Shown piece by piece: positions 22,909 to 37,900 of a stretch of DNA of 64,000 bases. The stretch comes from Phoronis australis (taxonomy: Eukaryota; Animalia; Phoronida). Positions within the stretch are counted from its first letter, which is position 1. Every line of letters begins with the position of its first letter. The translations under genes were made by a program, and so were the position numbers. A model generated the notes under the pieces. The model worked only from the letters and a program-made list of their open reading frames with translations. It was not told where the DNA came from and did no database searches. The DNA lies in assembly GCA_002633005.1 (NCBI GenBank), contig NMRA01000086.1:1-64000 (forward strand), written 5' to 3'.

Positions 22909-25900
22909 ATGGCTGATCCAACAGCTCTGGAGCAGGATGGTGCCAACTTTGCCACACAAGCTGTCGGCTTTGACCAGGCTGGACAGTATGACAGTGCTGC
23001 TTTTTACTACACAGTAAGGGACTTGTCGTACAATTCATGATGATTTCATTTCTAAAATCTGTTTACACGTGTGTCAATTGGTGTAAATAGACCGATGGAT
23101 TTAAAAAATGTTGTTACCATGTATCACCAGCTCAAAGAGGGTTTAGAAAGTGTTTGTTGTGTACATGTGACAATTGCAGTTATTTCGCTAAAAAACAATT
23201 GCCAAAATTGTAATTCTTCTATTTTTATTTTTGACTACCTTCCTATAATAATGAAAACGTGCCGAGCGGTGTTTTATGACAGCAGTGTAGTACAACTAGT
23301 AATGTAAGAACAAAGGTGAATTTCTGAAATATTTATTTTAGTTGAAAAATTGAGGAATATAGATTTAGGTTTTAACATTTTACCGTATTGCATGCTAAAT
23401 AATTGAAGATATTCTTCCTGTGTTATACATTTGTTTCATCATTAATGAATTCTAAGTATGATATACTTTGCTGTCAATTTTGTTTATATCATACGTTTTC
23501 ATCAAATAATAGTTAAAATTTCTGTTTTTCCAACAGGTCATTTGCAGTTTCCTTTAAAAAATGTTCATGTACAAAATTGAAGATTTTTTACTATTTTCAT
23601 TTTGTGGTGTCCTTGCAGGGCTATACAGTCAAATTTGATGAAGAAGGTGTTATTTCAGAAGAAAAATTGTTTATTTAATATGTACTCATCGCCACTGAGT
23701 TATTAATTAACCAATACCAATCGTGTCGTTTTTCGCCAATTTTTATAATTTCTATGTTTGAATAAATTATCCTAAGCCAACGTTTCAAGAGGAACTCAAT
23801 TTTAGAATCCAAACAATTTAATAAATGACTAGTTTCAGTATATGATATTTTAATATTGATTGAAGTCATTGTTGGACAGGTGTAGTAATTGATCTGCTCG
23901 ACACATGGAACTTAGATCAATGTTTGTAATATCGAAAACTGATGGTTCTTGCAGTTCTTGTACATTTCCATTGACAAAGTACAAGGTAATGCAAAACAGG
24001 GCAGGTTTCTAATGAAGATTTAGTAATATTGAGTCTAGTCTTCTTTCAGTCAGTGCTACGCTTGTATGGCATGCTGCTTAGGTTTTCTAGGTTAATGCTT
24101 TTTGACAGTTTAAGTTTGAATGTCATCAACTGTCATGATGTGGTTAGGTAAACTAAACGTTTCAAGATCTGTTGCTCACATTTTTCTTTGTGTTTATCAC
24201 AGGAAGCTGCCCAGTGTCTTCTTACAGCCATACTTGCCGGCTCAAAAATACCTGGTCTACTGGATAAATCTAATGAGTACATTGAGCGTGCAGAGATTTT
24301 GAGGAAGACAAGTAGGTCATGTTTCACATTGGTAATCGTAAGTGTAGTGATTATAATGATAGATAGGTATAATGGGAATTGTGACAGTAATGGTTTGGGT
24401 GGGATTTCTGATGAGTTGTTACTTGAGGTGAGATTTCTTAAACAAATTAAATTTGGGCACTCTATGAGTAGTAGTTGTAAGGTGTGTATATTGCAGATAA
24501 AAACCCATTTAGTATTGAATTTGCAATTACCATCTTCTGCTGATGATAAAAGAGAAAATTTTAGAAATATGGTTTGCAAAATGGTATAAAAAATTATGCA
24601 TTAATGACTAACATTCAATGCTGATAAAGAATGGTGAAACACTGTAAAATTATATGTTTCTTAGGTATCTGGATTTATAGATACCTGTAGATTCACTCTG
24701 ATGGACATCATAATCAAGATTGTTCCATGACATAGTAATAGAGTAGAAAAAATGAATGTTTGCCAAAATTATTCCTGTTTTTATAGAACCAGAGATTGCC
24801 ATTGGCACTAGAGCTAGCATATCTATTGGGAACCTGATTTACAAATTGTATTTTCTCACAAAAATGCTCTGAGTGATGCCATGCTGTGGAGACATTTGTA
24901 CATTCATTGCCAAACATGGAAATCCTTAAGCACATCCAGTTTGAGGCACCTCAAAGCGGAGTGCATGAAGTCAGAATTGGTATGTCTATTTGCATACAGA
25001 ATAGTTCGTGCAGCCATATTTTGCAACCACTGTAATTTGAGAACATTGTTAAAACGGACCCATACAACATAGTATCTGTAATGTGGCCAAACTAAGGCTC
25101 TGTAAAGTTAACAGATTTAGAGAATCTAGATCCTAAAATTTCCTTAATATTGTTAGGCTTTCATTTTTTGAGATACTTATTCCAAAGGAACCATTCCCTC
25201 TCTAAACCTTTGATTCCCAAGCTATTCAGGTTGCTCAATATACAACCATGTTGGATCATGTCAACTGCTCCTAGTCTGTAAAATGTAAAGACATGCACCC
25301 GCTTTAAACGCCGTACAGCTACGTGCACCTTTTGTTTTAGAACACACCATCCCAGAAGTCCATCCAGTGAAATCCGAACAACAGAAAAATGTGGAGAGAG
25401 CACAGTTTTTAGTGAGGCAGGCTTTCGAGGAGGACTCTAGTGGCAACTTTGATGAGGCTATAGAGCAGTATAGTCAGGCAGTGGAGCTGTGCATCAAAAT
25501 TGTATGTCTGAATGCTTCGCTGATCCTCTTCTCAATTTGGTTGAATGCGTTCATCAGTGTAATCAGCTGCTAACAAGGAATTATGTAGTGTTGGGAAATG
25601 GTGTTTAGACATCAAAATCTCAAATAACAGTTAACAAATAGTTGATCACATGTTTTTAGCCAAAATATGATTCCGAACCTTAAAATCAGCGCTTATGTAA
25701 ATAACGACATTTTGACTGACATTTCAGTTTATTATCTCTAAACTATTCTCAAGACAAAAGACGTGTACCTGTACAGTCTGTTCTCCACCTGTGTCACCTG
25801 ATTGAAATATTGTGAACTTTTATCTTGAAAATGGTTTAGAGACAATAAACTGAAACGTTGATCAATGTGTCGTTTACATATGCGCTGATTTTAAAGTTCA

Positions 25901-28900
25901 TATTAACAGATAGTTGCAGAATATTAGCACTTTTTGATTACTGAACAGTGGTGTGGAAATGATTGAATGAAGTTATATCAGTGACTAGTTACCGAAGAAA
26001 TAGCCATAATGGTCAAATATTTTATCACTGTGGTCTTAAATTTGAAGGTCTGCTTTACATGGATAAGGATTTAAGTGTAGATATTGCATTTTATAAAACT
26101 GACTCTTTTTCTTCTTTTGTGTGAAATTTGTTTTTTCAGAACTTAAATTTATTGTCATGTGACTTGATCAAAGTTTCGTTTATAGAGAGATTCAACTTCG
26201 GACACTGCTCTTCAAGCAAAGGTAAAGAAGCTTGCTAGCCAAGCCCTTGACAGGTTAGTTGATTACGTTGTATTTATGCCCTAGACATGAAGTAATCAAG
26301 TAGGATAATTTATCTTAATAAACTGGCCGAAATATTTTCCTTGGAAGTGGTTTATTCCATTAGAGGAGCTGAGAGATCACCCACACTTGATATATTAAAC
26401 ACTCCAGTATTGACCAACTCCTGTTAAATTTGATGACTTTTTACATCGTTTTTACCTGCTGATGCAATGAATGGCCTGTTTTGTGATGGAGAACATTCTT
26501 ATCGTGTTTTGGAAATGTTTGAGACATCTTTTTTGTGAGTAACCTGGTTTATAATATGTAGCGAGTTAGAGGGAAACATCCTTTTTAGGTAATGTGGGAC
26601 CTTAGAAAAATGTCCAAATCTGGCTTTTTTCATAACATTGTATCTCAGAAATGACTGATCACTTTCAAATGAAACTTTCAGATACTGCACATCAGACTTT
26701 GTTCTCGGAATTGCTGTTAAAATGTTCTTTTGTATGAGGGATTATAAAAAATTACAAAAGTTGCATTAAACAAAAATGAAACAGCAATTAAGGAAACAAT
26801 GACAGCTTTTTTGAGATTTGATCTTTAATTTTTATGTGAAATGAAATTTGGTCATTTTATTGACAGCATTATATTGCTATGACTACCTTTGCTTGTTTGC
26901 TTAATTTACTGAAAAGAGTGGTCTCGGTGGTGACCCAGTTAATGAAAATGTAGTGTCTACAGGCTTTCTACTTTCAGATATTATGTATATTTTTAAATAA
27001 ATACTTACGGATTAGGTCACCCATTACCTTATATAGAATTAGGTCACCCATTACCTTATATAGAATTAGGTCACACATTACCTTATATAGAATCAGCTCA
27101 CCCATCACCTTATATAGAATTAGCTCACCCATCACCTTATATAGAATTAGCTCACCCATCACCTTGTATAGAATTAGCTCACCCGTCACCTTGTATAGAA
27201 TTAGCTCACCCGTCACCTTGTAAAGAATTAGGTCACATGTTACCTTGTATAGTATTTGGTCATGTATTACCTTGTAGTGTATGAGAATCTAGAGCTTTAT
27301 GGACTGTTTGTGCTTAAAATCAAAAACGATCGTATCTGACATGTATTTCCCAAGGTTATCTGTTGTTGGTGTCATAGCAGATGACAACATCACATCAGTA
27401 CACCTTGTTATCACCCCCAGATGTCGGTTCAAGAGGGTAGTGTTTAACAATGAACAACTAGACATACTTTCCATGTCACCTTACACAAATCTGTTCCTTG
27501 TTGAATGTTACATTACATGTACATTGTTTGACACAACCCAAGCTGGGAACTGGATTACCGGGAACTTGATAACCTCTCGCTCTCAAAATCATTTTGCCTT
27601 CTCCATTTTCCCAAGATAATAAAACATTCACTCTCCTTTGAAGAGTTGGTGAGATGTAATAAACAACTTAAGAATTTTGAGATACTTTGGTAATGGGAAA
27701 CCAATTTTGATTTTGTTACTCATGCAAATTGTAAAATGAACTCTTCTTGTTTCCATGGTTGTCATGGTGACTGGACTGGAGTTCATACACATTATTTGCA
27801 GCATGTTATACTACTACATTTTTTACCCTCCTGGCCGGTGCTCAACATCACTGTAACCTTTCCCAAGAATTCTCTCATTGTGTTTGATTTTTCACAGAGC
27901 CGAGGAACTGAAACAAAAGAACAACCCAGAGCTTAACTTACCAGAACCTCCGGCTGACTCATTGACCTCAGGGCACAATATTCAAAGGCGAATTCCACCT
28001 CTTGGATTCAGCTTGGTAGACTCATCAAAGGCAGACAAGCCACAGAGGAATATTCCTAGCCCTCAAACTTCTAAGGGTCCAGTTTCTGTTGGTGCAGCTA
28101 ACTATACAAAAGAGGAAATTGTTGTCTTAAGGTTTGTGAGCAGTGTCAATTGTTGCTGTCTATGTCTAAGGAGTTTTATTTTGTAGGTAGTGCTAGTGCA
28201 ACTAGTTTGTTGTCTGTGAACAAATTATTGTTAAGATTAATTTCAAAAAGGAGTTCAGTAAATATTCAATTTTTTTAAGATGTTACTGTTTTTTTTTTTT
28301 GAAAAGCATTTCTGCATTTTTAACTTCTTGCTACATTGCCATCCTGTTGGTCTATTTAATTGCTGCATGTTTCATTCTTTGCTTAGCCTCTGGGTCAGGT
28401 AATAAGATGTGCCCAGATTTTTATGCTTCCACATATTTATGTGTGGGTGCATATTGCTGTCATCTCTGTCTGGACGTCTTGGCATCCAGCGTTCACTGCT
28501 GTGTATCCTAAACTCCTTGCTGGATCGCTATAAAATTTGGCAGATGTGTTCCTGTGAAACATACGACGACAAATTTCAAACTGATCTGACTACCGCTTTG
28601 TCCCCTAGTGGCAATTTTAGTTTGCTTGAGAGATTTTCTTGAAAATTGTAAATAAATTTTCTATGAAGGAGATGATGGCGCCTTTCCATTTTTGGATAGA
28701 TTTGATGTAATCTGTGCCACCTGTTGGCCAATATAAAAAATCTGAGTACATTTTTGATGTTCGCTTTCTTATCTCCCAAACCGTTCTCAGGATCATTATG
28801 AAAATTAGCAGATGTGTTTCTGATGAGTAGACAGGAGCAGAGGTTTTTTCGGAGGAGTTTAACTACTTTGGCACCCCCTAGTGGCAATTTTTTGTGTCCA

Positions 28901-31900
28901 CGGTTCTTCTTAACACTTTGGAGGATCCTTTGAAATTTTGCAGGTGTGTTCCTATGAAGATGGCAACAGATGACAACAAGTTTCGGACCAATTCAACTAC
29001 ACCTTTGGCCCTTATGGGAACTTTTACATTTAGCTCTTAATAGCAATTTGCTTTTACGTTTCCCTCTGTATCTTTGGAGTTCCATTGTGGATTTTCATTA
29101 AAATTTGTAAATAGTTTTGTATGAGAAAAACAACATCGCCTCCCCTATTTTTTATAGGTTGGTGGATTCTGCACCATCCAATGGCCTTTGTTATGACGCT
29201 AAAAAACTTCCCTAGATGCACACTGTTTACCGGGCAGTCGTGGGTGCATTTCAAGACTATGTGTTGTTTATGTTATTGTTTATTCTTCAATAAACATTTC
29301 ACTTGTTAGCGATGGTAATTGTCTTATTGTGTTTATTGTAGAAATACATCCTTCATCAATGGTCGTGAATATGTCCCTTTTATGTCTGTTGACATGAGGG
29401 AAAGGTTTGCCTATCCAGTGGCTTTCACGTGAGTGAGACTGATGATATTTTGAACACTTGAAACCCTGATACACGTGCTCTTGTTTTTGTCATTGGACGA
29501 TTTGAAGGTATAAAATTGGTCCTAACTTGTATCTAGTTCTGAGCTTGTATAAAACCTACAAGTCATAGTTGCTGAAGACTGAACTCAGTTAATGCTGGTA
29601 GTATATTCATGTGTTGTCTTTTTAGCACCCAATGCATATGACAATCAATCAAATAGAAAAAGTGGTCGCTTTTCTAAACAGTGATTTGTTTTCATTGACA
29701 CTCGATGTTTTCAATGAGATTTTACCATTTTGTATTAAAAATCAATTTTAGGTTTTTCAAAAATCAAGTGTAGATAATTTTGTAACCAAAAACCTGGATT
29801 GATGTTGAACTTTAAGGCATTGTGCATTTTTGCTTTTCTTTGTGCTTATCAGTGTTTTGCATCACTTTCATAATGAATAATTATATTCCTTGCTAATTTG
29901 CAGTGATAAACATGGCATGCTGGCCCTGTCACCAAAACAGAGGTCTCGACTGGACAGGTGGGCGAGACCTTCTGACTTCTTGGACAGTCCACAGATGATC
30001 TATGCTGTCTCCAGCTTTAGTATAAGACAGGTGAGTCTTTTAATAGCCCATCTTGGTCTTGTGAGATGTGCTGTTGTCATAATTACAATTTCAATTTCAT
30101 CACTTCAGTTATTTTGTGCAAACACAATTGCAACATTAGTCATTTTTAAAATTTTTGACTACTAAAAATGAACAAGTGTTGTTTTATGACAGTCACATTG
30201 TAAAAGCCTTGCTTATTATAAGCTAGTAGTTTTTTACTATTTATTTTGTTCAGAAATTCGACACATATAGCGTCCACAACTACCAGTGCTCCTGCTTATC
30301 TGGTCATTTGACTTAACCTAAAACTTCTACCCAGAAGGATCACTGACACTAACTGCCCAGAGCAAGTCTAGTCATGTCACTTTCATTTCTTGGCTAAGAT
30401 TAACTACTACTGGATTGTTTCTTGAGACCTAGGTTCTGTTTTATGAAAGTGACTTTGGACATAAGAAATAAATTTGACCTTGGATAAGTAGTAAACAAAT
30501 ATCCCTGCAGTTTTGCAGTTTCAAGGTGGTTCTGCTAAATCTTTTTTTTCTCGCTACGCGGTATATATTTTGTATTTGAAGTTCCCCGAGAATGAAGATA
30601 AACTATCTTGCTAAACACAAGTGAAATATTGTAAAAATGGCCAATTTTGTGAATAAGGTTGGAGATGACCTAAGTCACTTTTCATGAAACAAAGCCCAGG
30701 TTCTCTGAGCTGGCTTTATGGACTCATTATTTTGTGTACCAAAGGGAATATAACAGGGAACTGGTTGATTCTGTGAGCACTCAGTAAATTTGCATTGGAA
30801 GCTTGGTGCATTGACAATTGTTTATCGAATCATTGAATGTAACCCTTAGCTCTGCATCTTACTTGTAGACCATCGTATCAGACTGCTCTTTTGTTGCATC
30901 ACTGGCCATCAGTGCTCAATACGAGAGAAGATTCAGGAAAAAACTGATAACGAGGTATGTGGGTATTAGCAGAGCCTTAACATTTGGAAATGAGTAATTA
31001 TAAGGTGACTCAGTGAGTTCTGAACAAAGCGTAGGTCGTCTGATTTCAACCGTCAAATCTTGGTGTAGCTATTGTTTGGAGACTTTTTTCTTTGTTAATT
31101 GACATTTAATTTCTTTTGTCGTTGTAGCATTATTTATCCTCAAAACAGAAAGGGGGAGCCTGTGTATAATCCCTGTGGCAAGTTTATGGTCAAACTCAAT
31201 TTAAACGGTGTACCAAGAAAAGTAAGTTATGGCTATTTTTGGCATTCAGCATTGAGTGTTAAGTAGTTGTCAACTGTGGTACTTGTTGACACCAGTCTAC
31301 ATGGCATACAATGCGTTGGTGTGTTTCATTAACAGATTTGGGAAAGGAGAGGTTCGGGGGGACGTCCACGCACATCATTGTATCGTAGGAGTCGTAGCCA
31401 GAATTGTAGCCAGGTTGACTTGGTATTGTTATTGAGTGACATGAATGCTTTTGATGTGAGGATGTGCTGGAACTCTTTGATGGGTAAACTAATAAGTTGT
31501 TCCCGTAACAAAGGATAAGTGCGTTGTCAAATCAATTGGATGAAACCCCGAGTAACTATAGATGGTACTGTTGCCGTGTTTTATGTTCATCTGTGTGCTG
31601 ACTGAGAATCCTGTTGTCAAGACAACATAAAATTCCGAAAGCATTCATGTCATGCAATAATAACAACGTTATATCAACCACAGCTCTGGTAATGACTTCC
31701 AGCATACAGTAAGTTGTGCGGAACCCCCCCCCCCTAATCTCTCTTCTCTCAGTTGTATATAGAATTCAAATATCTGGTGTCCCCTATGTCTGTGGGCACT
31801 CGCAGTGGTTTAAGTTCTTACCAAAATGAGTTTTTGTATATATTTATATAAATATGTTTATTAACGCATTCATCATCACCTTTCTGAAGACCATTTGGCC

Positions 31901-34900
31901 TAAAATGCCAGTTGTACAAAGATTTGAATATTACTAATCATTTTTATGCGCCCACATTATGCCGTCGTTTCTGTCTGTCCGTCTGTCCAGCTGCCTTCCA
32001 TCTGTCTGTCTGACATCTAGTGTCTACTGCTCTATCTCCAAAACCCTTTGTTGTATGTTGATGAAATTTTAAACTTATTTTCTTTTCATGAATGGAATGG
32101 CAAGAGACAACTTTCGAATGGGTCCAATTACCGGTGTGCCTCCTAGGCAATTTTTTTAGATTTACCTCTTTATCTTCAAAGGTCCTCAACAGATTTTCAT
32201 AAAATTTGGCAAATAGGCATCTATTAGTGAGATGACGCTACCCTCCCATTTTTGGATGAATTCGAAGTATTTTGCGCCACCTAATGGCCATTTTTACTAT
32301 TTACTAGCCTGTTTTATGCATCCGCCCCTCTATCAACGAAAACCAGTGTAAGGATGATTTTGAAAATTGGCATTAAAACTTCTATTGTGAAGAGGACGAC
32401 TGATGTTGACGACTCAGTCAACTGTGGCTCCTCCTAGTGGCAGTTTTTGCATCTATGGTTGTATCTCCCAAACCCTCTCCAGGATCTTTATTAAATTTGG
32501 CTGAAGTTGACAACGGCCAACGACGACATTTGGATAGATGAGCTATCGCTGTGACCTCCAGGGGCAATTTTATGTTTTTCGTTTATCTTTGAAACTGCTT
32601 GGCAGATTTTATGGAATTTAAAAATAAGTTTCTATTAAAGATATGAAGACAGGTTACTGCTTTCGATAGATTCGATGTATAGTGGCCACTTTTATTACAT
32701 TATGAAATTTTGCAAAAATGTTTTTGTTAAGATGGCGACGGCTTCTCATTTTCGGGCAGATTTGACATATTCTGCGCCAACCGGTTTGTCATTTTAAACA
32801 GTTTTTAGTACGTTTTTGACATCACCCTCTCCATCCACTAAGCCGCTTTAAAGATCATTATTAAAATCTGGAGATGTGTTCTTGACAGTGATTTTGGAAC
32901 TTGTTCAACTACTCTGGCACCCCCTAGTGGCAATTTTATTTTCTTGTGTCCACTTGTGTTTATGTGCTTTACGTACTCTTTGCAAGATCTTTCTGAAATT
33001 TAGCAGAATGTTCCTATGGATTTGGTAACAACAGATGGTGGCGAGTTTCAGACCAATCCAAGTACAGCTCTGCTCCCTAGTTCAGTTTTATTTTTTAACT
33101 TTGCCTCTATAACTTCAGAGTTCTTTGATGTTTTTTCATGAAATTTGTCTAACAAGTTTCTATTGTGAAGACAAAAGCACCTTTCCTTTTTTTGATGGCT
33201 TCCACATATTCCGCACCAACTACTGGCCATTTCAATTATTTTTTTAGTCTGTTTTCTATCCTTTATCAGCTAAACCACGTTGAGGATCATTATGAAAATT
33301 GGTAGTTGTGTTCTTAGTGAGAAGAGCATAACTGACCGGGATTTTCAAACAGGTCCTACTAATGTGGCGCCCCCTAGTGACACTTTTTCGCATCTCCTAA
33401 ACCCCTTGCAAGATGTTTTTGAAATTTTGTAATTGTTTTCTTATTAAGTTGACAGCAGAGGGACAGATTTGACTATGTACTGCTGCGGTTTCTAATGGCA
33501 TTTTTTACATTCGAATCTTTGGAGTTCTTTGATGCATTTTCAAATAAACACTCCTAGAAGCACATTGTTGCGGTGCAGTCATAGCGACATTTCAACGCTC
33601 TGCGTTGGACTTGTAAAGTTATTTTCTGTGTCAAATGTTGATGAATGCAACCAAATTATTTCTGTAACTTGTCTCCAGACCTTTGTTTGTTGATATTTTT
33701 GTAATCACTAGATAGTATGTCACATGGTGATATTGAGTACCCGGTATGTGTACTGTTGTTTTTAATGATGTTGACCTGAGATTTTAGAATTAATAAAGTG
33801 AAAGTATCTCATCTCATATACAATCATTAAATTTTCTGACCAAAAATATTCTTCTGATTCTCTGTTTTTATATTTTACAGTTATTGCAGTAAATCAAACA
33901 AAAAACCTTGGTGAGATATTGTCAAATTTCTTAGAACTTGTCATTAAAAACTTTTAAAACACTTTGAGTACAACTTAGAGTGACCATATTGGCTGGGTAA
34001 TGAGTTGTTTGTAACATTTCTGTAACAGTGGTCATTTAGCTAATTTTTTGCCTTGTTTGTCCACCAGGTGATCATCGATGACTACCTACCCATAGGTAGG
34101 GACGGAGAACTGCTGTGTTCATTTTCCAACAACAGGAATGAACTATGGGTGTCACTGCTGGAGAAAGCCTACATGAAGGTCATGGGTGGCTATGACTTCC
34201 CTGGTTCAAATTCTGTATGTACTTATTGACAAACAACATCTCTGGTCAAAAGCTCAAAGTGACAAATAGATCTTTTAAAAACTCGACTTTGTGCTTGATA
34301 ATAACTGATTTTTTTAAAGCAAATAGTCAAAGTAATTACTAAATTTGTTCCAAACTGATTTCTTTTAAAAGGAGCAACTTGTGCTTAAACAAAATGTAAA
34401 GAAGTTTTCAAAATATTTTAAAAATCATCTCATATGCAAATATTGTAAATCCACTTACATTGCTATTTTTAAAAGCTTCTTTTTGTCTGACATATATTTA
34501 TTTTTTAGTATCGCCAACTAGTGTGCTTAATTTTTAATAAGCTATGACATTGTGGAACAAGTAGAGTTGTTTTGATTGCTTGTGCGCCTTAACTTGGGCT
34601 TGTTGCTGAAACCTTAACTTACTCTAGTTTGAAGTCAACAATTTCAATGTAATAATTGCTGTTGGTGTGTGGCTTTGCAATAAGCTGTACTTTTGCTGAT
34701 TTTATTTCCAAGAACATCGACTTGCATGCGCTCACTGGCTGGATACCCGAGCGTATCTCCATTCGAGTCAACTCACCTGAGTTTGACAAGGACAAAGAGT
34801 TCACGCGCATCATGGACCGTTTCCACAAGGGTCACTGCCTAGTTACCATAGCAACTGGTGAGATGTCTGAGACTGCTGCAGATCGAGCGGGCCTCGTTCC

Positions 34901-37900
34901 CACTCATGCTTATGCCATGCTGGATATAAGAATAATAAAGGTAAGTGAACTTTCAAAAGTAATATTGCTTCACCATGCTGGATATAAGAATAATAAAGGT
35001 AAGTGAACTTTCAAAAGTAATATTGCTTCACCATGCTGGATATAAGAATAATAAAGGTAAGTGAACTTTCAAAAGTAATATTGCTTCGCCATGCTGGATA
35101 TAAGAATCATAAAGGTAAGTGAACTTTCAAAAGTAATATTGCTTCACCAAAATTTGTGAAATATGTGGCTACTTCCATTCTTAAGCCACTAACCTGACTT
35201 CCATTCTTAAGCCACTAACCTGACTTCCATTCTTAAGCCACTAACCTGACTTCCATTCTTAAGCCACTAACCTGACTTCCATTCTTAAGCCACTAACCTG
35301 AATTGCGTTTGCTGTAGTCGCCGTCTTCATGGATGATTCAGCCATCAACATTTTCTTTCTGTTTGAAATTATTTGAACTAAGTTTTATAAGTTCAAACCT
35401 AATTCTTCCTGATTTTTTTTCTCAATTATCACCATGTTGTCAACAAAACTCGACAAACTGGATGTTTTTTAAGGAAATACTGCCTGCTTGGCAATGTTTT
35501 GAATGTGTTTAGTCAATGTGGATATCACTGAACTCTATTTGTACTGTGAAAGAGTAGATATCTTTTTGAGACAAGAGATACATCTGTATAGATGAACACT
35601 ATTTTGTCCATACCTATAGAGACTTGTTTCACTGCGCTCAGGTGATTTTTCCTGCTTGGGAGAGTTTCCACTTTTTAGCTGACTCATCTAATAAATTAGG
35701 GTACACCAGGCTGTGAAACAACACTGTTCTATGGGGAAAGCAATCAGACAATTGTCTTTTAATACATTTTTGCTCTAGAAGGCATCTCCGTTTGTTTATG
35801 TTAGAATCCTTCAGCAACATGTTTGCGTTGCTACACATTTGTTACTTTAAAACCATGCTCCAATGCCTTCATTGAAGCTTTCCTTTACTGTGCTTAGCCT
35901 GTTTTTAACAAAACAGTTATACTTCCCTGAATTTCACCATGTATCCGTTCTCTGTATCAAGGGCTTCAAGTTGATCCAGTTAAAGAACCCATGGAGTCAT
36001 TTGAGGTGGAAAGGGAACTTCTCTGAGAATGACACAGTTCACTGGACCAAGGAAATGCAACAACAGCTGAACTATGACCCTTCCAGTGCACAGATGGTTG
36101 ACAATGGTAGTATAAGTTGCATATACTTTCATTGATAACTTTTGATGTTATGACTTGTGGTGAATTGCTTACTTCACTCTACAGATCAATTAAATGTTAT
36201 AGAAATGGTGAATAATTAGGAACAAGTTGACATTGAATAGCCATATACCAAAATATCACAGCACCTTCTATGATTCTATTCTATTTACCTACAATGCTGT
36301 GCATCAGTATGGTATTCATTCCACAATTGTACTCTGTTGTGGAGCTAATCATTATTTTGCACAAAGATATTTTTCCAATCCTTATTCTATTGTTATTTAA
36401 GTTATACTACTGGATAGTGACTTCAGTGCTGACACCCAAAAAATTACTGATTGGGATGCGATATATTATTCTTTTCTTGTTTGTCTCAGCACAAAATCGT
36501 TAAACTGCATCAAACTTTTGAAAACTTCAGCCTTACAATGGGTTTCTTTACCTCATCTGGGAAGATGAATTGAATTTGAATTTATTTATTTCGTTTCAGG
36601 TGTTTTCTGGATTGACTACGATTCTTTGTGTAATTTCTTTGACGTGATCTACATTAACTGGAACCCAGAGCTGTTCACGCATACCTCCTGTGTTCATCAG
36701 TGAGTCTTGTTCACTCAGCCGTTAACAACTGGTTGGCTGATAACTGATGTGTGTGTTATGGAGGAGAATGCAGTTTTGGGAGATTGCTTTTGTGATAGAC
36801 TGACTGAGCATTGTGTGGTGCACTTCGTGGGGGTATCTAAAGTAATCTGGCATATGCGTGATTTGTAGTCACGGCATTGGAACCCACTCTTATCACAGTC
36901 TTGTACCCTTATGACACTGTGTAGAAACTTCAAGCAGGTACAAAACACCATTTCTATAGTAACTCACTTGCAATTTTGGTACATTGTTCTAATTTATGAA
37001 TTGTATTATCTTCAGTCACTGGCTTTAAAATTTGTCTGTGCTAAGAGTGTGGTTGGAGTTCATGTTCCGTGGTAAGATTTCTTGTGCGTGGTAAGATTTT
37101 TTTCTGTGTCATGTGTATGGTTTACATCCCCTCCGCGAATAGTTATGAAAGAAAACCTTGAACAGTTTGTAAATGACTTCATTTTGAAATTAACAAAAGT
37201 CATTGCTTGATGTTACACAGTTTTATGGGTACTATCAAAGTTAGTTACTCTCTGTGGACTTACTGCATACTCTTCTGTACCAAACATGATTTAACACAGT
37301 TTTATGGGTACTATCAAAGTTAGTTACTCTCTGTGGACTTACTGCATACTCTTCTGTACCAAACATGATTTAACACAGTTTTATGGGTACTATCAAAGTT
37401 AGTTACTCTCTGTGGACTTACTGCATACTCTTCTGTACCAAACATGATTTAACACAGTTTTATGGGTACTATCAAAGTTAGTTACTCTCTGTGGACTTAC
37501 TGCATACTCTTCTGTACCAAACATGATTTAACACAGTTTTATGGGTACTATCAAAGTTAGTTACTCTCTGTGGACTTACTGCATACTCTTCTGTACCAAA
37601 CATGATTTAACACAGTTTTATGGGTACTATCAAAGTTAGTTACTCTCTGTGGACTTACTGCATACTCTTCTGTACCAAACATGATTTAACACAGTTTTAT
37701 GGGTACTATCAAAGTTAGTTACTCTCTGTGGACTTACTGCATACTCTTCTGTACCAAACATGATTTAACACAGTTTTATGGGTACTATCAAAGTTAGTTA
37801 CTCTCTGTGGACTTACTGCATACTCTTCTGTACCAAACATGATTTAACACAGTTTTATGGGTACTATCAAAGTTAGTTACTCTCTGTGGACTTACTGCAT

